A stretch of 64,000 nucleotides of DNA from an uncultured Verrucomicrobiota bacterium (GCA_964578605.1 CAZODO010000001.1:70348-134347); one strand, 5' to 3'. Numbered from the stretch's first letter, positions 18,416 to 28,127 are shown. Translations and numbers: made by a program. Notes: generated from the sequence alone by a model not told the origin.

Positions 18416-18928
18416 ATGCCGATCTACGAATTTGCCTGCCCGAAATGCCGAGTGATTTTCAGTTTCCTGTCCAAACGGGTAAACCCGGATCGTACGCCGG
18501 TCTGTCCCAAGTGCGGCAACAAGAAGATGAGCCGGCGAATGAGCCGGTTCGCCATGCCGCGCGGGCTCAAGGAACCTGCCGCAAAGCCTGAAACCGAGGG
18601 AGACGAGGGACCGATGCCCGATATGGACGATCCGCGCGTCATGCGTGCGATGAGCGAGATGGAGCGCGACATGGAGTACTTGGACGAAAACAATCCCAAG
18701 CACATGGCCCACATGATGCGCAAGATGAAGGACATCCTGCCCCCCGGGACGATGCCCAAGGAGATGGACATCGCCATCAAACGCCTCGAGAAAGGGGAAG
18801 ATCCCGAGAAGATCGAAGAGGATATGGGCGATGTCCTTGGCGACTTCATGGGGGGCCCCGACGATGAAGAAGGAATGGGCGGCTATGGCGGCGGCTACTC
18901 GCGCGACAGCGGCCTTTACGATTATTGA
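18416..18928 (+). CDS. FmdB-family zinc-ribbon protein with acidic, Met-rich C-terminal region
   Basis: MPIYEFACPKCRVIFSF...PVCPKCGNKKMSR has the CxxC...CxxC pattern of FmdB/regulatory zinc ribbons. Start set at ATG 18416 (the track uses TTG 18410). Confidence 0.8.
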   Translation: MPIYEFACPKCRVIFSFLSKRVNPDRTPVCPKCGNKKMSRRMSRFAMPRGLKEPAAKPETEGDEGPMPDMDDPRVMRAMSEMERDMEYLDENNPKHMAHMMRKMKDILPPGTMPKEMDIAIKRLEKGEDPEKIEEDMGDVLGDFMGGPDDEEGMGGYGGGYSRDSGLYDY

Positions 18929-19001
18929 CCTGCCCGCAGCGCCCGCCTTGCTTTCAGAGGGCGGCCGTGGAGTTCCGGCATGCGCCGGTGCTCTTTGGCA
19001 A

Positions 19002-19015
19002 CCTTGAATTCAAGG
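19002..19015. promoter_or_regulatory. Perfect 14-bp palindrome CCTTGAATTCAAGG upstream of the MFS gene
   Basis: Read directly from the sequence. It lies about 110 bp upstream of the MFS start at 19127, in the 198-bp FmdB-MFS spacer. Confidence 0.25.
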
Positions 19016-19126
19016 GCGTTCGCGGTCGAAAACCCTGCTATCAATTCCTGTTCTGCGGCAACGGTCTGCAGCCCCGGCTTGAACTCTATCTTCGGGTCGA
19101 GGCCGCAACGACACTTCCGCTTTACT

Positions 19127-20326
19127 ATGACCTCTCGCCAGCTCAAGGCCGGTTGCTTTGTCCTCGAAGGGCTCAACTCCTTCGCGACGAGCTTCTATTT
19201 TTATTACTTGTTCTTTTACATGCAGCGCCAGTTCGGTTTCGGGAACCAGGAGAACCTGGCGTTGGCGGCGCTGAACGGACTTATTTACGCCCTGATGGCC
19301 TGGCTGGCAGGGCTTTTCGGGCAGCGGTATGGCTATTTTAAGGCTTTGGCCCTGGGCTTCGCCACCATGGCAATTGCCCTGGTCGTTGGCGCCGGAGTTC
19401 CCTCGGCCATGGGCCAGGTCTGCGTCCTGGCCGCCTGGACGGTAGGTATCTGCTTCACCTGGCCCAACCTCGAGGCCCTGGCGAGCGAAAAAGAGAATGC
19501 GGTCGGCCTGCAGAAGATGATCGGCATTTACAACCTCGTATGGGCCGGCACTGGGGCGTTGGCTTATTTCATCGGCGGCATTTTCCTTGAATGGCTTGGG
19601 TTGAAAAGCTTGTTTTGGATCCCTGCGGCGATCCATCTTTTGCAGTTGGCGTTGCTGGCCTGGCTCTGGGCAGCATCCGGCGGCGGGGTGTCCGGTCCGG
19701 CCGTCCCTGTCACGTCGTCGGTTGCCGTGGCGCTGAATCCGCGTCCGATTGGCCGAGCGCGTTCCTTCCTGCGCATGGCCTGGCTGGCCAACCCGTTCGC
19801 TTACGTCGCTATCAACACGGTGGCGGCTGTTGTCCCCGGGTTGGCGGCCAAGTTGAATCTGAGCCCTGCGCTGGCGGGAGTGTTCTGTTCCGTCTGGTTC
19901 TTCGCACGGTTGGGCGCGTTTTTGCTTCTGTGGCTCTGGACGGGGTGGCATTACCGGTTGGGCTGGTTTTTCGGCTCGTATCTGCTGCTGATCTCGAGTT
20001 TTGCGACGCTGCTTCTGGTGCCGAACCTCACGGCCATTGTGTTGGCCCAGATCGCCTTTGGCGCTGCCATTGGTCTGATTTATTACTCCTCCTTGTACTA
20101 TTCGATGGATGTCGGCGAAGCCAAAGGCGAACATGGTGGCGTGCACGAGGCGGCCATTGGTGCCGGGATTTTCGGGGGACCGGCCATTGGCGCGAGTGCT
20201 CTCTATCTTTTTCCCGGATCGCCTAACAGCGGTGTCTGGGCCGTGAGCATCGCGTTGTGTGCAGGACTGGCTGGCCTCATCGCTATGGCCCGACGCCAAG
20301 TACAATCCACGCCATCTCCCAAATAG
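19127..20326 (+). CDS. MFS-type transporter
   Basis: About 12 hydrophobic helices. The loop [15 protein letters not shown] weakly resembles MFS motif A. Start moved to [15 protein letters not shown] (19127). Confidence 0.65.
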   Translation: MTSRQLKAGCFVLEGLNSFATSFYFYYLFFYMQRQFGFGNQENLALAALNGLIYALMAWLAGLFGQRYGYFKALALGFATMAIALVVGAGVPSAMGQVCVLAAWTVGICFTWPNLEALASEKENAVGLQKMIGIYNLVWAGTGALAYFIGGIFLEWLGLKSLFWIPAAIHLLQLALLAWLWAASGGGVSGPAVPVTSSVAVALNPRPIGRARSFLRMAWLANPFAYVAINTVAAVVPGLAAKLNLSPALAGVFCSVWFFARLGAFLLLWLWTGWHYRLGWFFGSYLLLISSFATLLLVPNLTAIVLAQIAFGAAIGLIYYSSLYYSMDVGEAKGEHGGVHEAAIGAGIFGGPAIGASALYLFPGSPNSGVWAVSIALCAGLAGLIAMARRQVQSTPSPK

Positions 20327-20424
20327 AATCCCCCGATCCGGTGGGCCTCAAAGAGTTGACCCGTCCTGGAGTTTCCCCTAGGTTGTCCTCCGCAGCAAAG
20401 GGACTATTCTCCCAAATTAAACCT

Positions 20425-21561
20425 ATGCCTCCGAAGTCATCTGATAAGGCGTTGAACGAGAAATCTCCGGCTGAAAAAGCGGGCGAAAAGCCTTCCGGAC
20501 GCGCCACTCCCAATGAAACGCGCGCCGCGGAAGCAGCCGCTGCCGAAGCGGCGAAAGTGAGCGCGACACGCCAGCGCGACTTGGAACTGGCGATCTCTTC
20601 GATTACGAAGGCCTATGGCGAAGGCAGCATCATGCGCCTGGGCGATTCGTACAAGGCGAAAATCGACGTCATCCCGACGGGAGCCTTGGCCGTCGACTTG
20701 GCGCTGGGCGTCGGAGGTGTCCCCCGTGGGCGGGTGGTGGAGATTTACGGACCGGAATCTTCGGGCAAAACAACGTTGATGCTGCACGTCATTGCCAACG
20801 CCCAGAAGGCCGGGGGCTTGGCGGCTTTCATTGACGCAGAACACGCGCTTGACCCCAACTACGCGAGAAAGCTGGGCGTGAACCTGCAGGATCTGCTTGT
20901 CTCACAGCCGGACAGCGGGGAGGAAGCGCTCAGCATTTGCGAGACGCTGGCGCGCACCAACGCCCTGGACGTGATCGTGGTGGACTCCGTGGCAGCCCTG
21001 GTGCCCAAGGCGGAGCTTGAAGGCGAAATGGGCATGGCGACGATGGGGATGCAGGCGCGGTTGATGAGCCAGGCTCTGCGCAAGCTGACCGCGGTGTTGG
21101 CCAAGGCGAAGACCACATGCGTTTTCACCAACCAGATTCGCGAGAAGGTCGGGGTGATGTTTGGCAACCCGGAAACCACGCCCGGGGGCAAGGCCCTCAA
21201 GTTCTACGCGAGCGTTCGGATAGATATCCGGCGGAAAGAAACGATCAAAGACGCGGCAGGCACCGCCATTGGCAACCATGTCAAAGTGAAGATCGTCAAG
21301 AACAAGGTGGCTCCGCCTTTTGCTGAGGCTGAGTTCGATATCTACTACAATCACGGGATCAACAGGGAAGGCAGCATCCTGGATGTGGGACTCGATGCCG
21401 GCGTCGTCGAGAAGAAAGGGGCCTGGCTCCAGTTCAATGGCGAGTTGATCGGGCAGGGAAGGGACGCCGCCCGCCAAGCCCTGGTCGATAAGCCGGAGTT
21501 GGCGCGCAAAATTGTGGAGTCGATCCTCGAAAAACGCGCCGCGGCGGCGCCAGCCCCTTGA
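20425..21561 (+). CDS. recA: Recombinase RecA
   Basis: [16 protein letters not shown] Walker A and FIDAEHALD, with collinear RecA sequence. ATG 20425 gives a roughly 45-aa Lys/Ala/Glu-rich extension. An alternative GTG at 20557 gives a canonical-length protein. Confidence 0.93.
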   Translation: MPPKSSDKALNEKSPAEKAGEKPSGRATPNETRAAEAAAAEAAKVSATRQRDLELAISSITKAYGEGSIMRLGDSYKAKIDVIPTGALAVDLALGVGGVPRGRVVEIYGPESSGKTTLMLHVIANAQKAGGLAAFIDAEHALDPNYARKLGVNLQDLLVSQPDSGEEALSICETLARTNALDVIVVDSVAALVPKAELEGEMGMATMGMQARLMSQALRKLTAVLAKAKTTCVFTNQIREKVGVMFGNPETTPGGKALKFYASVRIDIRRKETIKDAAGTAIGNHVKVKIVKNKVAPPFAEAEFDIYYNHGINREGSILDVGLDAGVVEKKGAWLQFNGELIGQGRDAARQALVDKPELARKIVESILEKRAAAAPAP

Positions 21562-21566
21562 AAGTC

Positions 21567-22649
21567 ATGAGCGAGCGCGTTGGCATTCTCACCGGGGGCG
21601 GCGATTGTCCAGGGTTGAACGCGGTCATTCGCGCCGTGGTCAAGTCGGCTTCGAAGCGGGGCTGGGAGACCATCGGCTTTCTCCAGGGATACGAAGGACT
21701 GTTGGAACCCGTTCGCTACCGGCATCTCAATTATAAAGAGATGGATGCGCTCTTGCATGTTGGCGGCACCATTCTGGGGACCACCAACCGCGGACGCTTT
21801 GCCGCTAAATCCGGGTTTGGCGAGGAAAAGCAGATTCCTCCAGAGATTCTTGCCGCGGCCAAACGCAACTTCGAACAACTCGGATTGCGCGGTCTGGTCT
21901 GCGTGGGGGGCGACGGCACCTTGACCATCGCACAGCGACTTTTCGAAGAGGGGATTCCTATTGTGGGAGTGCCCAAGACGATCGACAATGACCTGGAAGG
22001 AACATCGACCACGTTTGGCTTTGACTCCGCCGTCGCTTGCGCGACGGATGCGCTGGACCGCCTGCGAACGACGGCTGAAAGCCATGAGCGCGTCATGGTC
22101 CTCGAAGTCATGGGACGATACGCGGGCTGGATTGCAGTCCACTCGGGAATTGCCGGGGGCGGCGATGTGATCCTGATCCCGGAGATTCCCTTCTCCTACG
22201 AACGTATTGCGGCGAAAATCCAGCAGCGCGAACGCGAAGGCAAACGCTTCACGCTGGTGGTGGTGGCGGAAGGCGCTCGGCAAGCAGGCAAGGGCTACGT
22301 GGCGGCTGGGCCGGGCACGCTTGATCGCGAGACGCGCCTGGGCGGAATTGGCGGCTTGGTCGCCGCCGAAATCGAGGAACGCACCGGCAAGGAGACCCGT
22401 GTTTGTGTGTTGGGACACCTCCAGCGTGGCGGGGCACCCACCATGGCGGATCGGTTGCTTTGCACGCGGTTTGGTGCCCGCGCGGTGCAGTTGATTGCCG
22501 ATGGCCACTTCGGCTGCATGGTGTCGTCCAAACCGCCGGACATCGTGGCCGTGAAGATTACGGCGGCTATCCGGCGCCTCCGGACCGTGCCGCCGGAGGG
22601 CGAGATTGTCCAGACGGCGAGGGCTTTGGGGATAAGCTTCGGTGATTAA
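21567..22649 (+). CDS. pfk: 6-phosphofructokinase
   Basis: GILTGGGDCPGLNAVIRAVV, GGDGT and PKTIDNDL motifs. Start at ATG 21567 (the track TTG 21558 overlaps the recA stop). Confidence 0.9.
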   Translation: MSERVGILTGGGDCPGLNAVIRAVVKSASKRGWETIGFLQGYEGLLEPVRYRHLNYKEMDALLHVGGTILGTTNRGRFAAKSGFGEEKQIPPEILAAAKRNFEQLGLRGLVCVGGDGTLTIAQRLFEEGIPIVGVPKTIDNDLEGTSTTFGFDSAVACATDALDRLRTTAESHERVMVLEVMGRYAGWIAVHSGIAGGGDVILIPEIPFSYERIAAKIQQREREGKRFTLVVVAEGARQAGKGYVAAGPGTLDRETRLGGIGGLVAAEIEERTGKETRVCVLGHLQRGGAPTMADRLLCTRFGARAVQLIADGHFGCMVSSKPPDIVAVKITAAIRRLRTVPPEGEIVQTARALGISFGD

Positions 22650-22692
22650 GGCTCCACGATGCGCAGGGGAGCTTCGCGAGCGACGCAAAACG

Positions 22693-22707
22693 GGAACAAT
22701 TTGTTCC
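22693..22707. promoter_or_regulatory. 15-bp perfect palindrome GGAACAA-T-TTGTTCC (site A)
   Basis: Located in the pfk-hisD spacer. The 17-mer ACGGGAACAATTTGTTC (22690..22706) recurs exactly at 48839..48855. Confidence 0.4.
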
Positions 22708-22858
22708 AATTCTCAAACCATTGCAAATCAGGTTATTGCATGAATCGCCTCCCGGGTTTCCACGCGATGTAATACATTTGTTATAACGACGCCAGCGCCC
22801 TCAAAGGGCGTTCGCCGTTTTGACTTTTGCCCAGCCTTCTCCTAGCGTCGATCTCGCG

Positions 22859-24205
22859 ATGAAGATAATCCGGTATACGGACGCCGATTTTGCCAAACAA
22901 CTCAGGGCGGTAACCGCGCCATCCAGCCTTTTCGATCTCGAGATCGAAGCCCGGACCCGCGCGATCATCGAGGCCGTGCGAGACCGGGGCGACGACGCGG
23001 TCCTGGAGTTTGCCGAACGCTTTGATGGGCGGCGATACGAGGCGGGGCAACTGGCCGTGACGAAGGCGGAATTGATGAACGCCTCGTTGCAGGCGGGGCC
23101 GTCGCTGCGCGCTGCCGTCGCGGCAGCCCGGAAGAATATCGAAGCTTTCGCCCGGCATTCGGTGCGCAAGAACTGGTCGGCGCGGAATGCCCAGGGAGCG
23201 AAGGTCGGAGAGAAGTTCGATCCGTTCGATCGTGTCGGGGTTTACGTGCCCGGCGGCACGGCCCCGCTCGTTTCCACAGCTTTGATGACCATCCTGCTCG
23301 CGAAGGTGGCCGGTTGCCGCGAGATTGTGGCCTGCACCCCCGCCGGGAGAGACGGGCAAATCAATTCCGCGCTGCTCTTTGCGGTCAACACGGCGGGCGC
23401 GACGGAGATTTACCGAATTGGCGGTGCCCAAGCGATTGCCGCCCTGGCGTTCGGAACGGCCAGCATCCCGCGGGTTCGCAAGATTTATGGCCCTGGCAAT
23501 GCGTACGTCGTCGCCGCCAAGCGCCTTCTATGCGGTTACGTGGGCATCGATCTCCTCCCGGGACCGAGCGAAGTCCTCATTCTGGCCGATGACACACCTG
23601 ATCCCAGGTTCGTGGCTGCGGACCTGCTGGCCCAGGCCGAACACGGTTCGGGGCACGAACGCGTTTGGCTGGTCACAACCTCAGGCCAACTCCTCCGGGC
23701 GGTTGAGAAAGAGATCGCTCTGCAGTTGCCCAAGCTGGCGCGACGTGAGCTCATCGAGCGCGCGCTGGCCAATGACGGTTGGCTCATCCAGGTCAGGTCG
23801 CTTGAAGACGGCGTCAAGCTGGCGAACAGACTCGCGCCCGAGCATTGCGAAGTGCTGACGCGCAACGCGGCTAAGGTCTCGGCGGGCATCACCACCGCCG
23901 GCGCCCTTTTTCTCGGGCCCTTCTCGCCCACCGTCCTCGGGGACTACGTCGCCGGACCCAGCCACGTTCTGCCGACGGGCGGCGCCGGCGCCTCCTTCGC
24001 GGGGCTGACGGTGGACCAATTTCAAAGGCGCACGAGCGTCGTGGAGTATGACCGCAGTTCGCTGCGCAAGGCGGAACCGTTCGTGCGCGAGTTTGCCCAA
24101 GTGGAAGGTTTGGGCGGCCACGGCCGGTCCGCTGCCGTGCGGCTGGAGCCGAAGGGTGCATCCTCCAAGCAGAACAGGGGAACCTCAGCGAGGAGGCGGG
24201 CATGA
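22859..24205 (+). CDS. hisD: Histidinol dehydrogenase
   Basis: GGAQAIAALAFGTASIPRVRKIYGPGNAYVVAAK, PGPSEVLILADD and QAEHG motifs. Start at ATG 22859 (MKIIRY). Confidence 0.92.
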   Translation: MKIIRYTDADFAKQLRAVTAPSSLFDLEIEARTRAIIEAVRDRGDDAVLEFAERFDGRRYEAGQLAVTKAELMNASLQAGPSLRAAVAAARKNIEAFARHSVRKNWSARNAQGAKVGEKFDPFDRVGVYVPGGTAPLVSTALMTILLAKVAGCREIVACTPAGRDGQINSALLFAVNTAGATEIYRIGGAQAIAALAFGTASIPRVRKIYGPGNAYVVAAKRLLCGYVGIDLLPGPSEVLILADDTPDPRFVAADLLAQAEHGSGHERVWLVTTSGQLLRAVEKEIALQLPKLARRELIERALANDGWLIQVRSLEDGVKLANRLAPEHCEVLTRNAAKVSAGITTAGALFLGPFSPTVLGDYVAGPSHVLPTGGAGASFAGLTVDQFQRRTSVVEYDRSSLRKAEPFVREFAQVEGLGGHGRSAAVRLEPKGASSKQNRGTSARRRA

Positions 24206-25422
24206 AGCCTGACCTTGGAGTGAAACGCCTCAATCCGGAAACCCTGGTTCGGCCTCTGGTCCGCCGAGCACAGGCTTATGTGCCGGGCGAGCAACCGAAG
24301 ATCGAGGGTCTGGTCAAGCTCAACACCAATGAGAACCCCTACGGGCCTTCTCCCGAGGTCCAGGAAGCGCTCAAGGCTGCCATTGACGGCCGGCTGCGGC
24401 TCTATCCAAACCCGACCGCTGACCGCCTGCGAGCGAAGCTTGCCGAGTACCATGAGTGCCGTCCGGAAAACATCATTGTTGGAAATGGTTCTGACGAACT
24501 GCTGGCCCTGGCGACGCGCGCATTCGTGGAGCCGTTGTGCGGTCTGACTGGCTACGCGCTCGAGAGCGCGGCCAGGCCGTCCACTCGCCTTAAGGAGGCT
24601 GAACTCCAGTCGGCCCCGGCCGATGTGGCGGAGGCCCTGGCGCCCAGCCGTTACGCGGTCCAGTACTTTCAACCGAGCTACTCCCTCTACCCGGTCCTTG
24701 CCGCGGTGCATGGTGCCCGGCCCAAGCCGGTCCCTCTGGCCGAGCGTTTCGAATTCCCCACGATCAAGGAACTCAGACACACCTCCTGGGACTTTGACGC
24801 GGCGCTCACCTATATAACGACGCCTCACGCACCCAGCGGTTTGGGCGCAGGCCGGGCCCGGCTCGAGGCCCTTTGTGAGGAACACCGTGGGGTGCTCATC
24901 CTGGACGAGGCTTACGTCGATTTTGCCGGCGAGAATGCGCTCGACCTGGCACTGCAGTATCCCCATGTAATCGTCTCGCGAACGTTTTCCAAAGGGTTTT
25001 CGTTGTGCTTCCTGCGCGTCGGTTACTTTGTGGGGCATCCGGCGCTGATCGGTGCCCTGCACAAGATCCGCGACAGCTACAATGTGAACGGGCTGGGGCA
25101 GATTGCCGCGGAAGCCACCTTGGACTCCCTGCCATACTATCGTCGGAACTTCCAGCGGACCATCGCGGAGCGGGAGCGTTTGTCCTGCGAACTGGCGGCG
25201 TTGGATTTTCGCGTTTTCCCAAGCCAGACGAACTTCATCCTGGTCAAGCCCCCGCGATACGCGGCCGAGGTTTGGCTCGAGAAGCTCCGCGCCGAGCGCG
25301 TGCTCGTCCGCTGGTTCGGCGCGCCCGAAGTGCGGGACTATCTGCGCATCACGATCGGCAGCGAATCGGAAGTGGACAGACTGCTTGGCGCCGTCCGAAC
25401 GATCCTTTCGGAAACCGGTTAG
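24202..25422 (+). CDS. hisC: Histidinol-phosphate aminotransferase
   Basis: LNTNENPYGPSP, GNGSDELL and the PLP-lysine context SRTFSKGFSL. There is a 4-nt overlap with hisD and a roughly 40-aa insertion compared with typical HisC. Confidence 0.88.
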   Translation: MKPDLGVKRLNPETLVRPLVRRAQAYVPGEQPKIEGLVKLNTNENPYGPSPEVQEALKAAIDGRLRLYPNPTADRLRAKLAEYHECRPENIIVGNGSDELLALATRAFVEPLCGLTGYALESAARPSTRLKEAELQSAPADVAEALAPSRYAVQYFQPSYSLYPVLAAVHGARPKPVPLAERFEFPTIKELRHTSWDFDAALTYITTPHAPSGLGAGRARLEALCEEHRGVLILDEAYVDFAGENALDLALQYPHVIVSRTFSKGFSLCFLRVGYFVGHPALIGALHKIRDSYNVNGLGQIAAEATLDSLPYYRRNFQRTIAERERLSCELAALDFRVFPSQTNFILVKPPRYAAEVWLEKLRAERVLVRWFGAPEVRDYLRITIGSESEVDRLLGAVRTILSETG

Positions 25423-25760
25423 GCAGGAGCCTCACTTGGTGACGCCTGTCGGGTCGCTATCGTCCCAACCGCGGCGGTTGTGAAAACTCCTCCAGTCTTT
25501 CTCTTTCGGATGCCGTTTTTCGCAAGCGGCGCGCTCCGTCGCGCGCCGTGGCTAACTTTCGCTTAACGGTGATTGACTCATCCCTCATCCATTCCGCCTA
25601 GTCTGCAGGATGTTTGAAGGAAGAGAAAGCAAACCAACGGCGGTCGACGGAGCGACCTGCCCTGAGATTCAGACCGGCCCGGCGGTCCGGCCCAACTTTT
25701 TTGCAAAATGACAATTGCTGGCTGGCTTTTCAGGGCGGTTCTTTCGCATTCTAGGGCGTC

Positions 25761-26930
25761 ATGAATCGCTGGCACTTTTCGATGATCTTCCTGGTTGGGA
25801 ACCTCCTCCTCGGGGGAGCAGGCAGCCTCGCTGAGCAACACCGGGCCACTTACCTGGGCCATCCCGCGACCCGGTTCGCGCCGCCTCTCAAGACCAAGGA
25901 CGATTTGCGCGCTCGGTTTCTCGATGCCCAATTGCGGAAGGATATGGCCACCGTCTTGCGGCAATGGGGATGGCAGGGTGATCTTGCGGACTTTTACCGC
26001 GCGGGGCTCAGGGCCGAGATCAAGGAGGCGCCCATCCCGATCGGGTCGACCATGCCCTTCATGTCGTCGCGGAAGGACGGCCGGCCGATTTGCCTGCGCA
26101 ATGTGCTATGGGCAGGCGAAGAACCCGCGCCGGCTTATGCCTTCCCGTTCACTTCCAAAGGGCGGCGCTACCGCTGTGTGACGCCCAAGGCTTGCAGCAA
26201 TTTTTTCCTGGTCGATCTTGGCCCCGAGCCGAACCCCACGCTCGCCCTGATCTGCTCGGTTCCGGAAGAGGTCCTGGCAGCAAGGCCGGTCCAGGTTTGC
26301 CTCGAGTTGACCAATCCCAGCGAAGCGATCGAGCCAATGACGACCGTCAGCCTGACGATCCCGGAGAAGGCCACCCTGGTTCGGACGACAGGCGACGGCG
26401 CGGCTTCTGAGGGCCGGGTCATCTGGCGCATTCCCGACCTCCGGCCGAAGGCCAGCGTGGAACTTTGTGCCATATTCGCTGTGCGCGAACCCTGCTCGCT
26501 CACCTTTAACGCCGTGGCCTCGGGACAGAAAGCCCGGGCCGTTGAGACCACCTGTGGGACTCGTGTCCTTGGTATTCCCGCCATCCTGCTGGAGTTGATC
26601 GACCTCGAGGACCCGGTCCAGGTTGGGCGCGAAGTGACTTACCAGGTCAATGTCACCAACCAAGGCACCGCACCCGGAACGAACATCCGGGTCGTCTGCA
26701 AACTGCCCCCGAGCGAAGAGTTCGTCTCGGGCGGCGGGGTCACGCCTGTGCAAGCCGGCGCAGGGGTCGTGACGGCGGGAGTTCTGGCCGAGCTTGCGCC
26801 CAAGGCGGTGGCTTCGTGGCAGGTGATCGTGAAAGCCGCCCGGGCCGCTGACGCCCGTTTCAGAGTCGAGCTTAGCAGCGACCAATTCCAGCGTCCCATC
26901 GAGGAAGAGGAATCCACGGAATTGTACTGA
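25761..26930 (+). CDS. Secreted DUF11 (conserved repeat domain) protein
   Basis: N-terminal hydrophobic signal. EVTYQVNVTNQGTAPGTNIRVVCKLP and a preceding similar unit match DUF11-type repeats. Confidence 0.7.
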   Translation: MNRWHFSMIFLVGNLLLGGAGSLAEQHRATYLGHPATRFAPPLKTKDDLRARFLDAQLRKDMATVLRQWGWQGDLADFYRAGLRAEIKEAPIPIGSTMPFMSSRKDGRPICLRNVLWAGEEPAPAYAFPFTSKGRRYRCVTPKACSNFFLVDLGPEPNPTLALICSVPEEVLAARPVQVCLELTNPSEAIEPMTTVSLTIPEKATLVRTTGDGAASEGRVIWRIPDLRPKASVELCAIFAVREPCSLTFNAVASGQKARAVETTCGTRVLGIPAILLELIDLEDPVQVGREVTYQVNVTNQGTAPGTNIRVVCKLPPSEEFVSGGGVTPVQAGAGVVTAGVLAELAPKAVASWQVIVKAARAADARFRVELSSDQFQRPIEEEESTELY

Positions 26931-26935
26931 ATGCA

Positions 26936-27847
26936 ATGCGTGTCTTGATCGCAGGGTGCGGTTATGTCGGGCTGCCTTTGGGTTTGGAACTGATCCGGCA
27001 AGGCCACGAGGTCTGGGGCATCGTCCGCTCTCCCGAAAGCGCAGAGCGGATCAAGCAATCGGGGGTCCAGCCCCTGGTCTGCGACCTCACGCAACCCGAC
27101 CCACTTCGCCAACTTCCCGGCCCGTACGATTGGGTTGTCAGCCTGGTTTCCTCAGGCAAAGGCGGCGTGGAGGATTACCGCCAGGTTTATCTTAACGCCA
27201 ACAAGAACCTCGTCGACTGGCTGGCCGCCATGCCGCCCCGCAAATTCGTTTACACCAGCAGCACCGGCGTCTACGGCCAGACCGACGGATCTCAGGTCAA
27301 GGAAACCAGCCCCACCGAGCCCGCAACCGACACTGGCAAAGTGCTCGTCCAGGCCGAACAAAAGCTATTGGAGGCCTTTCGTGAGTCCAAGTTCCCAGTG
27401 GTCATTCTGCGCGTAGCCGGCATTTATGGACCGGGGCGCGGCCATTACTTCAAGCAATTCCTCCAGGGCGAAGCTCGTATCCCGGGACATGGCGAAGCGT
27501 TCCTGAACATGGTCCACGTCGACGACGTCGTCGGCGGGATCATCGCCTCTTTGAAGAGCGCCCGCCCAGGCGAGATTTACAATCTCGTGGATGACGAGCC
27601 CATCATGCTCGTGCACTTCTACCGTTGGCTTTCCGAAACCCTGGGCAAATGGATGCCGCCGTTCGTCCAGGAGGACAGTGAAGAACATCGGAAACGCGGC
27701 AGGACGAACAAGAAAGTCTTAAACCGGCGGTTGAAGATGGAACTTGGGTTTACCTTCAAGTACCCGACCTTCCGCCAGGGGTACAGCGCGGAAATCCAGC
27801 GCTTGGACCAAGCCGGGTTGCTCAATATCCAACCCGAACCGCGCTAA
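26936..27847 (+). CDS. NAD(P)-dependent epimerase/dehydratase-family (extended SDR) protein
   Basis: MRVLIAGCGYVGLPLGLELIRQGHEVWGIVR is a Rossmann GxGxxG. 303 aa. Confidence 0.8.
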   Translation: MRVLIAGCGYVGLPLGLELIRQGHEVWGIVRSPESAERIKQSGVQPLVCDLTQPDPLRQLPGPYDWVVSLVSSGKGGVEDYRQVYLNANKNLVDWLAAMPPRKFVYTSSTGVYGQTDGSQVKETSPTEPATDTGKVLVQAEQKLLEAFRESKFPVVILRVAGIYGPGRGHYFKQFLQGEARIPGHGEAFLNMVHVDDVVGGIIASLKSARPGEIYNLVDDEPIMLVHFYRWLSETLGKWMPPFVQEDSEEHRKRGRTNKKVLNRRLKMELGFTFKYPTFRQGYSAEIQRLDQAGLLNIQPEPR

Positions 27848-27929
27848 GCGCCAGTAACAGCCGCCATGGTTTGCCTGAGTGCGATTTGGAAAAGGTGCCA
27901 TGGCGAGCGCCTCGTTTCCCACCGCAGTT

Positions 27930-28127
27930 TCACTGGTCCGCGTAGCGCTCCCTGAGCATAGCGGAGAATCGCGCCGCTTTGAGCTTCCGGCGAGCTTTGA
28001 CGCTTGGCTTCTCGAAATAGCGACGGCGGCGAACCTGTTCAAAGGTTCCCTCGCGCGACAACTTCTTCTTCAAACGGCGCAATGCCTTCTCAACGTGCTC
28101 CCCTTTTCTGAGTATAATCTCGGTCAT
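27930..28127 (-). CDS. rpsU: 30S ribosomal protein S21
   Basis: MTEIILRKGEHVEKALRRLKKKLSREGTFEQVRRRRYFEKPSVKARRKLKAARF is a typical bS21 sequence. 65 aa. Confidence 0.93.
   Translation of the reverse strand: MTEIILRKGEHVEKALRRLKKKLSREGTFEQVRRRRYFEKPSVKARRKLKAARFSAMLRERYADQ

Noticed and set aside
22693-22707. The GAACA-N3-TGTTC palindrome as a LexA/SOS box.
   Set aside because: Half-site orientation and spacing do not match the Cheo box (GAAC-N4-GTTC) or the TGTTC-N4-GAACA form I recall for Verrucomicrobia. The recA upstream region has no copy. The site is kept as a finding with an unknown factor.
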